Positions 26,301-37,193 of a stretch of 64,000 nt of DNA are shown in pieces. The translations under genes were made by a program, and so were the position numbers. Positions within the stretch are counted from its first letter, which is position 1; each line of letters starts with the position of its first letter. Origin of the DNA: Octopus bimaculoides (taxonomy: Eukaryota); the NCBI RefSeq assembly GCF_001194135.2, contig NC_068987.1, forward strand, positions 75,223,318-75,287,317, written 5' to 3'. The notes beneath the pieces are model-generated. The model made no database searches. It had not been told where the DNA came from and was given only the letters and a program-made list of their open reading frames with translations.

Positions 26301-28465
26301 TGGAAAAAAACTGAACAATGAGAAAGAGATGGGTGTTCTCTTGTAGTAGTTTTCTATTGAAAAATAGTATGCAAAATGAAATAGAAGAAACAAAAAGGTC
26401 TACAAGCCACAGCATAAACAAACTGACTAAATGAGTAGTAACTGTGAATAAAAATTCAAACAAATTAGAATGCTGGTGGCATGATAAAATATATTCAGTC
26501 ATTGCTTTAAAATGGTTGGCAATAGAAATGACTTCCAGAGAAAGAAAAAACACCCACAACAATATACAAACACACAATGATGATGGTAAATAAATAATAC
26601 ATTATGGTTTACAAACAAAAAGGGTTGCATACTGTATGGGCATCTTCAACAAGTGTCACATTGAATGATGAAGATGAGGATAATGAATTGACTACCCAAT
26701 CAAAGGACAGTACATTTAATAGTTTCTTTGCTGTTTAATATCATCTTTGTCATCTAAATATATCTTTTATCTTTTACTTGTTTCAGTCATTAGACTGCCT
26801 TGAAGAATTTTTAGTCAAATGAATCGACCCCAGGCTTAGCACTTCTTTCTCTTTAAGTCTCATACTTATTCTATCAGTTTCTTTTGCCAAACCACTAAGT
26901 TGTAGGGACACAAACACACACACACATATATATATGCTGAGACACCCTTCGGTCATGACTGACCATGGGATTGCACCTAGAAAGTTACCCTCCCAGGCAC
27001 AAGTCTGGGCAAGGTTGTTTATGGAAGACCAGCAGTCACCCATGCATACTGGCTTCCCCTCTCCACGCCACCAGAGTTATCTACAGCTGAGTGAACTGGA
27101 GCAATGTGAAATAAAGTGTCTTGCTCAAGAACACAACACACAGTCCGGTCCAGCATTCGAACTCACAACCTCACGATTATAAGCTCGACTGAGCCATGCG
27201 TCTTCACACATATATATATATATATATGTACATACAATAGGCTACTTTCAGTTTCCATCTACCCAATCCACTCACGATGTTTTGATCAGTCTGAGGCTAT
27301 AGTAGAAAAAATTGCCCAAGGTACCATGCAGTGGGATTGAACCCGGATCCATCTGGTTGGGAAGCGTCTTACCACACAGCCACGCCTGCACCTATATGTA
27401 GCCACGCTTGCGCCTATATGCATATTTATATGTAGTAGTTATATGCAAATAATGCTATATTGTAATAACAATACAAATCGCTGAATTACTATTATATATG
27501 CAAGCTATATCGCCTTTTGATTCACAACTGACCTGAAGCTATACACAATTATACGGTTTGTTAGTAGTTGTCATTGGAACTTTTGGTAACTTAAAGTTTA
27601 ATTTAACCCTTCTGATACCAATATGTCAAAAATCGCCCTTGGTTCTATGATACAAACTACCTGTTTTAAAGTAATACGAATTAAAACTTTACACTAAAAT
27701 TTCACATTAATCTATGTTCCAGATACCGGATTAATAATGGCAAAGTTATTTTACTCATTATTTTCATAATTAATCGGGACAAAGACAATGTATTTCAACA
27801 GAAATATGGTTAAAAAAAAAAAAAAGAGTTAGATTGATTTTTATCAGGAGCTGCTCAGATTTCAATTTGATTCATTAAAATTACAATTGTCAGAGTAGAT
27901 GTGGACCATGAGAAGGAAACTTCTGAGGTTTCATGCACTTTTAAATAATCCATTTCTTATAGTCGAAGGAAGAAGTGACTTTTATTTGAGATTCTTAGTG
28001 AATTCCATGGCCCCAGAGTGTTTCAAGTTTATTTCTGAGCGGACTACCTATGATAACTGGTTAAAAAAAACAAAAACCCACTAAAGTTGTAGTATGATAC
28101 AAGCTTACCACTTGTAAACAACCATAGAGCTTGATGATGATTATGGAATATTAACACTTCTACAATTATATATTAATTTATTAATAGTAAATACTTGAAA
28201 TGCAGTGAGTGAACGAAAACTCGAGTGTCTATTTATGTATTGATACCGGCCCGCCATGAAGATCGGCAACAAGAAGTTTCGAATCGTCGCAGTTAAAACG
28301 CTTACAATGAACAAAGGCCATACATTCACCACTTCGGAGAATACACGTTACATAAAAAACGAGAATGATATTATGCGCAGGAATCTGTATGAAAATATTG
28401 ACAAAATAACATACCCCGAAGTCATTTCGAGCTATCCTAAAGTCAAACTCCGTGGACGCCGACAT
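7147..28465 (-). CDS. THOC1: THO complex subunit 1 (Hpr1/p84), 5' 14 coding exons; gene runs off the left edge of the window
   Basis: Spliced by hand, all GT-AG with consistent phase (51+74+61+67+119+49+96+77+56+109+132+101+118+101 = 1211 nt). Peptides recognisable from vertebrate THOC1: [122 protein letters not shown]. No further exon found in 1-7146. Confidence 0.96.
8015..9013 (-). mobile_element. 5'-truncated RTE-clade LINE spanning an assembly gap
   Basis: ORF2 C-terminus [12 protein letters not shown]...[17 protein letters not shown]; (ATG)n tail; flanked by acatatatatat at 8003-8014 and 9014-9025 (TSD-like, within a TA microsatellite). Confidence 0.92.
8240..8770. other. Assembly gap (others at 16138-16149, 29980-30100, 46446-46484)
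   Basis: Runs of N; ORF calls spanning them are artefacts apart from the RTE C-terminus. Confidence 1.
9865..11150 (-). mobile_element. Decayed Tc1-like DNA transposon
   Basis: Imperfect long TIRs (aaactttcactgtttcaaattat / ataatttggaacactgaaagttt); transposase remnants [10 protein letters not shown].. and [19 protein letters not shown]. Confidence 0.8.
11516..11633 (-). CDS. THOC1: THOC1 exon 13 ([39 protein letters not shown])
   Basis: ccttcag / gtaagt, 118 nt. Confidence 0.95.
12636..12960 (-). repeat. tRNA-derived SINE (family also at 26935-27205)
   Basis: Shared gattgcacctagaaagttaccctcc...gagcaatgtgaaataaagtgtcttgctcaagaaca body with a tRNA-like head at the right end. Confidence 0.7.
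13352..13452 (-). CDS. THOC1: THOC1 exon 12 ([33 protein letters not shown]-)
   Basis: attgcag / gtaagt, 101 nt. Confidence 0.96.
13922..14215 (+). repeat. tRNA-headed SINE (family with copies near 20735, 23390, 27230, 34868)
   Basis: ggc..gctgtgtgg.t.agaa..ttgct head and shared cttctactat / ggatttggtagatggaaactga body. Confidence 0.65.
14272..14454. repeat. 46-bp inverted repeat (1 mismatch) enclosing a hammerhead; Penelope pLTR-like remnant
   Basis: Arm 14272-14317 taaagaataaaaagtttagaatggtacaacaatgcactataaagca; arm 14409-14454 is its reverse complement. Confidence 0.85.
14335..14364 (+). ncRNA. Very small hammerhead ribozyme motif with palindromic stems II and III
   Basis: gat-CTGAAGA-a-GGAATTCC-GAAA-ta-TC^atc; predicted cleavage after C14361. 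Confidence 0.7.
14522..14653 (-). CDS. THOC1: THOC1 exon 11 ([16 protein letters not shown]...[10 protein letters not shown])
   Basis: tttgtag / gtaagt, 132 nt. Confidence 0.96.
15482..15590 (-). CDS. THOC1: THOC1 exon 10 ([36 protein letters not shown])
   Basis: tttgtag / gtaagt, 109 nt. Confidence 0.96.
16198..16253 (-). CDS. THOC1: THOC1 exon 9 ([18 protein letters not shown]-, acidic linker)
   Basis: attttag / gtaaaa, 56 nt, phase 0 to 2 bridges exons 8 and 10. Confidence 0.88.
17009..17085 (-). CDS. THOC1: THOC1 exon 8 ([26 protein letters not shown])
   Basis: gttacag / gtaaga, 77 nt. Confidence 0.95.
18431..18526 (-). CDS. THOC1: THOC1 exon 7 ([32 protein letters not shown]-)
   Basis: atttcag / gtaaat, 96 nt, lies within ORF 18282..18572. 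Confidence 0.97.
19415..19617 (-). repeat. tRNA-derived SINE with gcctttcatcctttc..ggtc.ataaattaagtaccag core (Nin/Deu-core-like)
   Basis: Same core occurs near 3000, 3450, 24520, 24760, 29900, 30300, 51070, 51800, 51990 and 53110. The domain name is from memory. Confidence 0.75.
19863..19911 (-). CDS. THOC1: THOC1 exon 6 ([16 protein letters not shown]-)
   Basis: ttcacag / gtaagt, 49 nt. Confidence 0.96.
20735..21120 (+). repeat. tRNA-headed SINE, long copy
   Basis: gcatggctgtatggttaagaagcttgctttccaacc head; body shared with the 13922 and 34868 copies. Confidence 0.7.
21589..21707 (-). CDS. THOC1: THOC1 exon 5 ([40 protein letters not shown])
   Basis: tttgtag / gtaagt, 119 nt. Confidence 0.95.
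21955..22250 (+). repeat. RTE LINE 3'UTR copy with (ATG)n tail, opposite orientation to the copies at 3872, 8015 and 25935
   Basis: Reverse complement of the 8015-8239 sequence. Confidence 0.85.
23843..23909 (-). CDS. THOC1: THOC1 exon 4 ([22 protein letters not shown]-)
   Basis: gtttcag / gtaaga, 67 nt, phase 0 to 1. Confidence 0.9.
24139..24410. repeat. 28-bp minisatellite (cacaaccgcatccaccctcacacacgaa), about 10 copies, THOC1 intron 3
   Basis: Units parse directly; one shortened unit near 24363. Confidence 0.9.
24916..24976 (-). CDS. THOC1: THOC1 exon 3 ([20 protein letters not shown])
   Basis: ctttcag / gtaagt, 61 nt, homologous to ENEKKCTLDQAFRGIL. Confidence 0.93.
25935..26120 (-). 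repeat. RTE LINE 3'UTR copy
   Basis: About 90% similar by eye to the copies at 8015 and 21955. Confidence 0.85.
26197..26270 (-). CDS. THOC1: THOC1 exon 2 ([24 protein letters not shown]-)
   Basis: tattacag acceptor, gtaagt donor, 74 nt, phase 0 to 2, fits exon 3. Confidence 0.88.
26935..27205 (-). repeat. tRNA-derived SINE (family of the 12636 copy)
   Basis: Shared body sequence; B-box-like ttcgaa at about 27156. Confidence 0.7.
28415..28465 (-). CDS. THOC1: THOC1 exon 1 ([17 protein letters not shown])
   Basis: ATG at 28465, 17 codons, donor gtatgt, phase 0 matches exon 2; F..AR..F pattern resembles the orthologue N-terminus as recalled. Confidence 0.8.
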
Positions 28466-28495
28466 GTTTGTTTCTGTGTTTTACTCATAAATTGA

Positions 28496-28518
28496 TGACG
28501 TTTACGCTGATGACGTCA
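28496..28518. promoter_or_regulatory. CRE-like sites in the THOC1 proximal promoter
   Basis: Perfect palindrome TGACGTCA at 28511-28518 plus a TGACGT half-site at 28496, 31-53 bp upstream of the ATG in a locally CpG-rich stretch. Function is inferred. Confidence 0.55.
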
Positions 28519-29229
28519 CACAATGCGTGTTTATAGTGATTGCAGGCACATGTTTCTTAAAATGTTGACAACATTCAAGTTTCTAGTGATTAATTCAAAT
28601 GCATATTTTTTTCATACTCCGAATTTCTCACATACAACCCACACTACGCATTATTTATTTATCACACCCAAAACAATCACTTTATTTTATCAACCAGTTC
28701 TTATTTTTTTGGGTTTTTTTAGAGACATCTATGTTTATGAGTTAAAATATCCGTATTACAAAAGCTAACTGCGCAAATAACACTCTTCTCACCTCAAACA
28801 AACATAGTTCAAGAAGTTCAAATAACTAATTCCCAGGTTGGCTCACACAATTTTAGTCTTCTTGCCCTTGCATACATATTTTAACTCGTCATTGGAAGTT
28901 CTCCAGAAAAGTTTTCATTTGACCTGCCTTGAATGCGAACCCATGTCGCAACAAGTTTAAAGAATTTTATTTGCTTGTGAGGTTGGGGTAACATAGGGGT
29001 CAGAAAATCCCCTGTTTGTTGAAAAAGAAGATGATGATCGAATCTGAAATAACTACATCGCATAAAATCCAAATTGGTATCCGGATGTAGTTCGGGAGAG
29101 ACCCGCAGGCTCTACTAGAATTTCTCGAATCTCGTCAGACAGGTTTTAGGGAAAGCCTTAAGACAAGAAAAAAGACGGGTGGGGACTTGGGATAGCCTTT
29201 AATTTCCTGTGTAAACACACTTCGTCATC

Positions 29230-30600
29230 TGGCTAACAATGATTACAATGTTATTTTAAATGGAAAGAGAAAAGAGGAGTTATCGTAATTATGGACAGAG
29301 AATTTTAATGAGTATTACCTGTCGATTCAAACTGAACTTGGCAAAATAATTTAGGAATGGCCGAAAACAGTTTTATAAAAAAACATTGAATCCAGATTAC
29401 TGAGGTCAGAGCAAGGAACACTTTTATGACCTTCCAAAAATAAATAAAATTGCAGTGGGTATGAATGTTGTACGGCCAAAATTTCAGGAGACACTGTATG
29501 ACTTTCTACTTCCTATAGCAAAAAAATCGAACCCTTATAGTTGGAATATTTTTGTTTTGTTTCCAAATTTACAACTTTTTTAAGCGCCGAAATCGTTTCG
29601 TGTTATCTTTTTTTTTTTTTAATGGTAACCATGGATGTTTCTTCACTTTACCCCAACATTGGACCATAATAAAGTGATGAAGCGAGCATTGAGGCCTTTG
29701 AAAAACGATTAAACGAAAGTATTCCTTCTAATTTTCTCTGAAAATGATTGAAGTTTGTATTATAATACAACACAATGAGCTTTGGACAAAAAATTTAACA
29801 AAAGACGTAAGAATCTTTTCTACTCTAGGCACAAAACTCGAAATTTTGGGGAGGGGGGCCAATCGATTAAATCGACTCCAGTACGCAACTGGTACTTAAT
29901 TTATCGACCCCGAAAGGATGAAAGGCAAAGTTGACCTCGGCGGAATTTGAACTCAGAACATAAAGACAGACGAAATGCTNNNNNNNNNNNNNNNNNNNNN
30001 NNNNNNNNNNNNNNNNNNNNNNNNNNNNNNNNNNNNNNNNNNNNNNNNNNNNNNNNNNNNNNNNNNNNNNNNNNNNNNNNNNNNNNNNNNNNNNNNNNNN
30101 GGCGGAATTTGAACTCAGAACGTAGCGGTAGACGAAATACCGCTAAGTGTTTCGCCCAGCGCACTAACGTTTCTGCCAGCTCGCCGCCTTCGTTGTAAAT
30201 AATATATTCTTTTCTACTCTAGGCACAAAACTCGAAATTTTGGGGAGGGGGGCCAATCGATTAAATCGACTCCAGTACGCAACTGGTACTTAATTTATCG
30301 ACCCCGAAAGGATGAAAGGCAAAGTTGACCTCGGCGGAATTTGAACTCAGAACATAAAGACAGACGAAATGCTGCTGAGCATTTCGCCCGGCGTGCTAAG
30401 GTTTCTACCAGCTCGCCACCTTACAAAAGATGTAAGAATGAGCCATGAACACCTGCCGCGGCAGTTAATTTTGCTAATGTGTTCGTAACAAAATTTAAGC
30501 TACAGTTAGTAGGTATATTCAAAGGAAATTATTTGAAAGAACACTGTGTATTTCCTTGGAAGAAGGATGCATATTCTATCAAGTGCAAGTTCAAGATGAA
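29230..30600 (+). mobile_element. Decayed Penelope-like reverse transcriptase, split by a SINE cluster
   Basis: GVIVIMDRE (about 29275), MVTMDVSSLYPNI (29622), NTMSFGQK (29770); resumes after 30423 with a (M)GTPAAVNFANVFV-like segment. Confidence 0.7.
29815..30422 (-). repeat. Tandem cluster of Nin-core SINE units (A-B-A') across a gap, bounded by a 17-bp TSD
   Basis: acaaaagacgtaagaat 29798-29814 and acaaaagatgtaagaat 30423-30439; units about 29820-29979 and about 30212-30371 are essentially identical. Confidence 0.85.
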
Positions 30601-31149
30601 AGATCTAGAGGTTCACTTGAATCACCAATTTTTAGTGGCGATGCGAGTGAAGATTGCAATTCTTTTAGCTCGGAATCATTAATTTTTAGTGAATAAGTGC
30701 TAAAATAACATCTGACATTTTATAATAGCGGTAGTATGATACCTTGTAATGCAATAATAGACAAAGTTCAGAAGGTTTAATAGAACATAGTAATTTATTA
30801 TTAGAGGAAATGACGATAGCATTAAATCAAGGTTTGCTTGACAGCATACAGGGTATATCATTCAGAGGTATGGTATAACAGTGTCCTAAAGGAACAGAAG
30901 AAATGTTCGAGCTACTCGTTATAGGGCCACAAATCCAGAAGAAGGCGTATGCAGCATAAATAACATGTAACGCTTACTATTACTGTATATTGTGAAATGT
31001 GAACAGGATAAAATGTTCGGCAGTTCATAAATCGCTATTCAGTTCTAGAGTGTTGAACTCCGACAGCGTCGTGACAAATTACATCTGACTTTCTTGGAGG
31101 CTTGGCTGGGACTGACCTAGACTTTACGGTGACTTTGTGATTGGCAGCA

Positions 31150-32762
31150 GTGTGTATCTATGCGCGAGGCAAAGCAGTTGGCTGAACTAACCAACTAACG
31201 CATGGCTGGATAACAGTCATGGCAAAGGGAAGTAGTGCTCCAACACTCTGGATATTGTACAAAACAATCACCCGGAGGACGAATTCCTGTTTTGCAAAAC
31301 CCTCAGCACCAAAGCAACCGAAAGGAAAATATTTAACAAAGTGGACTAATCTTTTGAGGCACATGATATCAATTGGGAGCATGTCTTTGGGGTGTGCACC
31401 GACGGTGCGCAGGAGATGTTTGGCTGCCGTTCCGGTTTTCAGACTTAGGTGAAAGAAAAATCTCCAACTACTATTGGCACACGCTGCACAATTTATCGAC
31501 AAGCACTAATGGTGAAAACTATGCCCGATGATTTTAAAATGTTCTGAATCCCGTGATTACAAAGATGAACTTCATCAAAGCAAACGCAATCAACTCCCGT
31601 CTGTTTGTCGAGTTGTGCAAAGAAAGTGATTCTGAATTCGAAACACTCGAAAGCCATCTCATAAGTGAGGGGAAAAACAATAAAGAAGGTCTTCCTTCTA
31701 CGAAAAGGAATCCACGATTTTTTACATGATACCAAGCCAGATTTGTACGCCAAATTCCCTGATGTTCGTTTTCTGGTCTGCTTGGCAATTTTGCTGGTCA
31801 TATTCGAGTCAGTGAATGCCGTCAATCTTTGACTGCAAGGAAAAGATATAACCAGGTTTCATTCTCATGAAAAACTAATTACTTTCAAAATGAAGCTTGA
31901 ACTTTGCATCATTTCCTCAACTAAACATGAAAACGAGCTTCAAGTCGACGACGATATCGTTGAACTTATGAACCAACACGTATCAATACTTGGCAGAGAA
32001 ATATTCTCTTGATTTTCTTGATCTTCATGACTTTGACAAATGCTTCCGCTTTATCAGGAATCTCTTTGTGCTCTATGTTAGCGGTCTACCAACAGAAGAC
32101 AATTTAATTCAAGAGCAGTTCATTGATTTGGTCAATGATGGAGGTGCAAAATGTTTTTTCCGTGAAATGTGTTGTTCTGACTTTTGGATTGAAATGGCAC
32201 AGACATATCCTGATGTCGCAAAGATGGCTCTTAAAGTATTGATGCCATTTCTAACCACATATGAGTGTGAGACCGCGTTTTCCACTTTCCTTGCCATCAA
32301 AACGAAGTCACGAAATCAACTGAATGTCACTAGAAATGAGAGTTGCCCTCTCCAAAACAGAGTCGAACATAATACAGCTGGTTACTTTGCTGTAAATAAA
32401 ATGACAGATGGTCTGTTTTTGTGAATAAATAATTTCTTATATATATATATATATATATATACATATGTATATTGTCATGTTATGTATCAGGAATTCAGGG
32501 AACGGGATGATAAACTTTCAGGGGAGGAAGAGAAGACGGTGTTTCTACTAAAATTGTGGTTTTCCGTGCATACTAGTGGTCCAGTTGACATAAACTTCTG
32601 TACATTTTGGGATGCTATTAAGATTCTTCTGCTGAAAATAGGTAAATTGGTTGAAATTCACCCCTCGGATAATCAATATGAGGAATGACCTGACAATAAG
32701 GAGGAATAGCATCTCAAACATGGTGAAAGGGGAAGGTGATGCCAAAAGTTCGAGAACCACTG
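31150..32762 (+). mobile_element. Decayed hAT (Buster/Charlie-type) transposase with 3' TIR
   Basis: GVCTDGA, IGTRCTIYRQAL, NSRLFVELCKE, MRWLS-like; hATC domain FWIEMAQTYPDVAKMALKVLMPF.TTYECETAFS..KTKSRNQL; gagaaccactg terminus at 32752-32762; no 5' TIR found. Confidence 0.88.
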
Positions 32763-33989
32763 TCATGTACGTATATATACCGTAGTTTGCGATGTATGAC
32801 CCACGGTTTCTGTCTGCTAAATAGGCAAAAATGGGTCTTATGCAGTTGTTAAATACAGGAGGCTGGGGATATTTTCGGACTATTATCGTTCATTCAGTCC
32901 TCAAGAGACACCTCCGCGATTTTGTTACTATCACAACTGTTTCGGTACTAAAGCACACAGATGCATTCACAATGCTCTTTCAAATTATCTGCACAATTGC
33001 GGGAATGCGGCAGCGCCAAGGATTAAGCGCGACCACAACTCTGCACAAACTATGGTTTTGAATCCAACATAAAATTTTCGTCCAGTTTTTCAAAACCTAG
33101 CGTCGAACTTAAGTTTTCATAAGGTTGCATATTGACAGTTATTTTGCAAACCCACGTCATTCCACATTTATTTTCACCGTCGATAACTTAATCTAATACA
33201 GCTTCCGTTGCATTTAATGGAATTTTTATTCAGCCAGATGGCTATTCGCAACACCAACAATTGTTTAATCATTGCTTTCCTATATTGGTAACGGCAAATT
33301 GCGTCTAAGTGTGCCGTTGACTGCAAGTATATGCTATTGACAACGCTCGGCGATGCAGAAATGTATTTGGCATTCTCATCAGCTGCTGCTGGACGATTTT
33401 CGCCTGCCTCCGACGTGTATTGTCTTTACACACAACACGTCCATAAGAGGTACTATCTCAGGATGCATACCACAGTAAATTTGCCTTTCAAGATGTATTT
33501 ACATTATGTATGATACACAGATAGCTATTTTAATCTAATATTACTACTGTTGCCTGAAACGGGCTTTTATTCGGTGGGGCGGCCATATCGTACGAATGAC
33601 CAACCATCAGTTATCCACATAATTATTTCACTTCCAGCTGAATGAAAATTGTACTCAAAGACAACAGAGACAGAAGTTAAATCTGGAGATAATCATCCTC
33701 AACTCCTGGGGATTGCCAATAACGATGTTTAGCACATTCGACGTTATGGGACAGCTTTGTGACATCCTACTTGTATTCAACACACAGTATCTAATTTCTT
33801 AATGTCTTATTTGCTACATCAGATAAAACTATTTCGCAGTTGGCATTCTGTTATAGTGTTCGCCATTTCCAATATATATACATTTGGCTCTTGCCTTACT
33901 GATTTTAGGACACTCAGAAATTCTTCCATGCTAGGAATTTTTTTTTTCTGCAGCTCTTTAGTAGATTCTGCAAAAAGAACCATATTACT

Positions 33990-34325
33990 AGCATTTTAAG
34001 GTGAACTGAAGAGAGCTCTTGTAACACCCTACATAAGTGAACTCTCTGCAGATCCTGGCTTTACTTACATCTTTTATACCTAACTTCAATCATTTTCTGG
34101 CTCTTTCATCTCCTTGTAGCTGTCTTAATTCACCCTACATCCTGAAATCCTGTCATTAGTATTTTTTACATCAACAAAGTACACTAGTTCTTGGCTAAGA
34201 ACTACACTTTTTACTGCTATGCTTCAAATGTGACAATAGTCCCAGGCTCCAATACAGAACCAAATGGCATCTTATTCTAGCTGAACTTATCTTTGCTCTA
34301 TCTACCTTTCCATTCACTCTTGTAA
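33990..34325 (-). mobile_element. Short decayed LINE RT fragment
   Basis: RVNGK...SARI..GSVLEPGL resembles the GVPQGSVLGP RT motif region. Confidence 0.5.
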
Positions 34326-34368
34326 AAGTATTATACTTTTACAAGAGTGAATGGAAAGGTAGATAGAG
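34296..34368. repeat. Perfect 73-bp palindrome (36-bp arms, 1-nt centre)
   Basis: ctctatctacctttccattcactcttgtaaaagtat-t-atacttttacaagagtgaatggaaaggtagatagag. Confidence 0.95.
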
Positions 34369-34867
34369 TCTGGATAGAAAGCTAATGAATAAATTATAGA
34401 ACTTATATAAACAAACTTAAACATTCAGTTCACAATGAATCCAAATGTGTTACATTGAAAAACCAAGAGTGTAAAGAGATTCTTTTTACAAAATGGAAAT
34501 TTCACAATGGATTGAAATCCTCTCATCACAAACTTTTTGTCTATTAGGCACTAAGCAGTCTACATGACTTCTAAAAACATGGAAAACATTAACCTCTCTA
34601 CACAATGAACCTTCCTTATCACGTTTCTTAAAGGAAGCCACAAACATGAACACCATATGGCAAGTAAAATTAACTCATGAAGCACAGTGCAGAATATTCT
34701 GAGCATTTTCCTCATTTTTTTTCTTTCTCTTAATTACCTACCATTACTGAACAATCTTTAAATTCAAGATTTTATACTTTATCCATTGATTTTGCACACA
34801 AACAAGTTAGAATAAATTATTACTCCTAATTCAATATACCTATTTTATATATATATATATATATGTG

Positions 34868-35260
34868 AAAGCATGGCTGTGTGGTTAAGAAGCCTGCTTT
34901 GCAACCATGTGGCTTTAGGTTCTCAGTGTGCAATACCTTGAGCAAGTGACTTCTATTACAGCTCCAGACTGACTAATACCTTGTGGGTAAATTTGGTTGA
35001 TGGAAACATTATGGAAGCCTATCATATATATATATATAATAAATATGAGTACGTCTTTGTGATTGTTCCCTACCAGTGCTTGACAACCAGCGTTGGTTTG
35101 TTTACATTCTTGTAACTTAGCAGTTCAGCCAAAGGGACTGGAAGAATAAGTAGCAGACATAAAAATATGCACGGGATTTGATTTGTTCAACTAAACCCTT
35201 CAAGGTGGTGCCCCTGTTTGACTGCAGTCCAATGACTAAAACAAGTTAAAAGAGAGATAC
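34868..35260 (+). repeat. tRNA-headed SINE
   Basis: gcatggctgtgtggttaagaagcctgctttgcaacc head. Confidence 0.7.
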
Positions 35261-37193
35261 AAAAGAAATAGGTCTGACATTAGTCTACAGGATCATTAGA
35301 GTCAGAGCTTCTTCAAGTTTCCATGGTGCATGAGCAACCCAGAGTGTAATACATCTCACTGACCAAGATGCAAATTTGTCACAAGGTTGGGTTACTCCCA
35401 GCTTTTGCTGGCACACATTTCCAACTGAGTGGACAGATGCAATATGAAATGAAATATTTTGCTCAAGTATACAATATAGTACTCAGAGAATTCAACGTCA
35501 CATCAGGAATCTCATCAGACATCAGGAGTCACATCAGACAACAACATCACATCAGGAATCCAACACCTTGACCACTAGGCTACACAGCATCATTAGTCTT
35601 CTATTTATTAGTAGATAATACATTACTGGTGCAATACCATCGAGAAATAAAAGATTTGTGCCATCAACAATACATAAATTATAATTTCATTCAGATATTC
35701 AAACAAGGGAAAAGCTTACAGTTGGTTACATCTTCTATAGAGTCAAAATTTAAGGAATAAATTTTAAATTGTGCCTTTTTTAAAATACAAAACAAACATG
35801 TGATACATTCATTGTATTTTCAAGCAATTTAATATATTTTTATTTATTCCTTCTCCTTTACATTATATTGCTGATTTGTTCCATCTTTTACCATTTCATA
35901 TTTTAAAACAATACTTCAGGACAGATAAAATTCAGGTACATAAAAGTGTCATCTTTTAAAATTCAAATAACTATTACTGTAGAAATATCTCATGAAAATG
36001 TTTTTTTTTCCTCTTCTTGTCTGCTTCTGTATTTCAGGTAAACATCAAGCAAATATATATTTTCAAACATAGACACATTTTTTTAATAAATAGCCCAATT
36101 ACAAATTTTAACATTTACACAACGATATGACCATGTTAATGATTATAATGATACATAAACTGTTACATTCAGCTTAAATACAATGTTATGGTGGGTTCTA
36201 TAATAAAGTTAATGAAAAATAGAGAAATAAAATTAGAAAAGCTCTCAAACTTTTGTTAGTTTGAGGGGGAAAAAACTTTCAACTACTGGAAAGATACAGT
36301 TTTCTCAAAATAATGCAACTAAAGTGTTTTGAAAACACTATAAATATAATTTTCACAAATTTTGCAACATTTTATATGAATTCCAATAATTACTTTTATA
36401 GGACTGTGATTAATTATGTAATGAGTGTTTTCATTGTGACAACTAGCAGAAATATACCCCACCACAACCTCAAGCAGTTTTCTGGTATATATTTCACATT
36501 TCAAATCAAAAACATGTAAAATTGTATAAAAATACAACAAACTTCTTGTACCTTTAATAACTAGTTAATTAAGAATGAGTTCTTTCTCTACCCATTAAGA
36601 AAACATTTCCATTTTAATGACAGTAAATATATTTCTATATAAGTTATGAAGCCATTTGCATATACTTGAAACAGCTCAGTAAAGAGAGAGTTAGACTGAA
36701 GATCTGATAGCTCCTAGTTGAATCTTGGATTGCAGCATGTAGAAGTTTTGCTTTTGAAATTATTACTAATTGAAATCTCTATAGCCTGACTTAATTAGCA
36801 AAGGTGATAGAAGATTTCTTTTTAGTCACATATATACATATCGAGATACAACCATCATTATAAGATATGACTTCATGGCTTGTCTGAAGAGGAAGTGTAG
36901 AATTATATGGGAAAGAAGAACAGCAATCATGATACTTGATGACCTTGTCTGAATTTTTTTTTTTAAGTGGTCTCCTCTAAAGACACCCAACGACTAGGTG
37001 ATAATGCTTAATTAAGCAATGGACTAAATGTACCACCCAACAACAGATACAATCCACTCAACAAACTCCTGCACTAGGATCAGCCTGAAGCTATGGCAGA
37101 AAATACTTAATGTACCAATCAGTGGAATTAAAATCACAACCACGTGATTGTGAAGCCAACCACATGACCATATTTGCATCCATCCATTAGTTT

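Noticed and set aside
30930-30965. ccagaagaaggcgtatgc resembling a decayed Penelope hammerhead
   Set aside because: Core mutated (CAGAAGA) and GAAA absent
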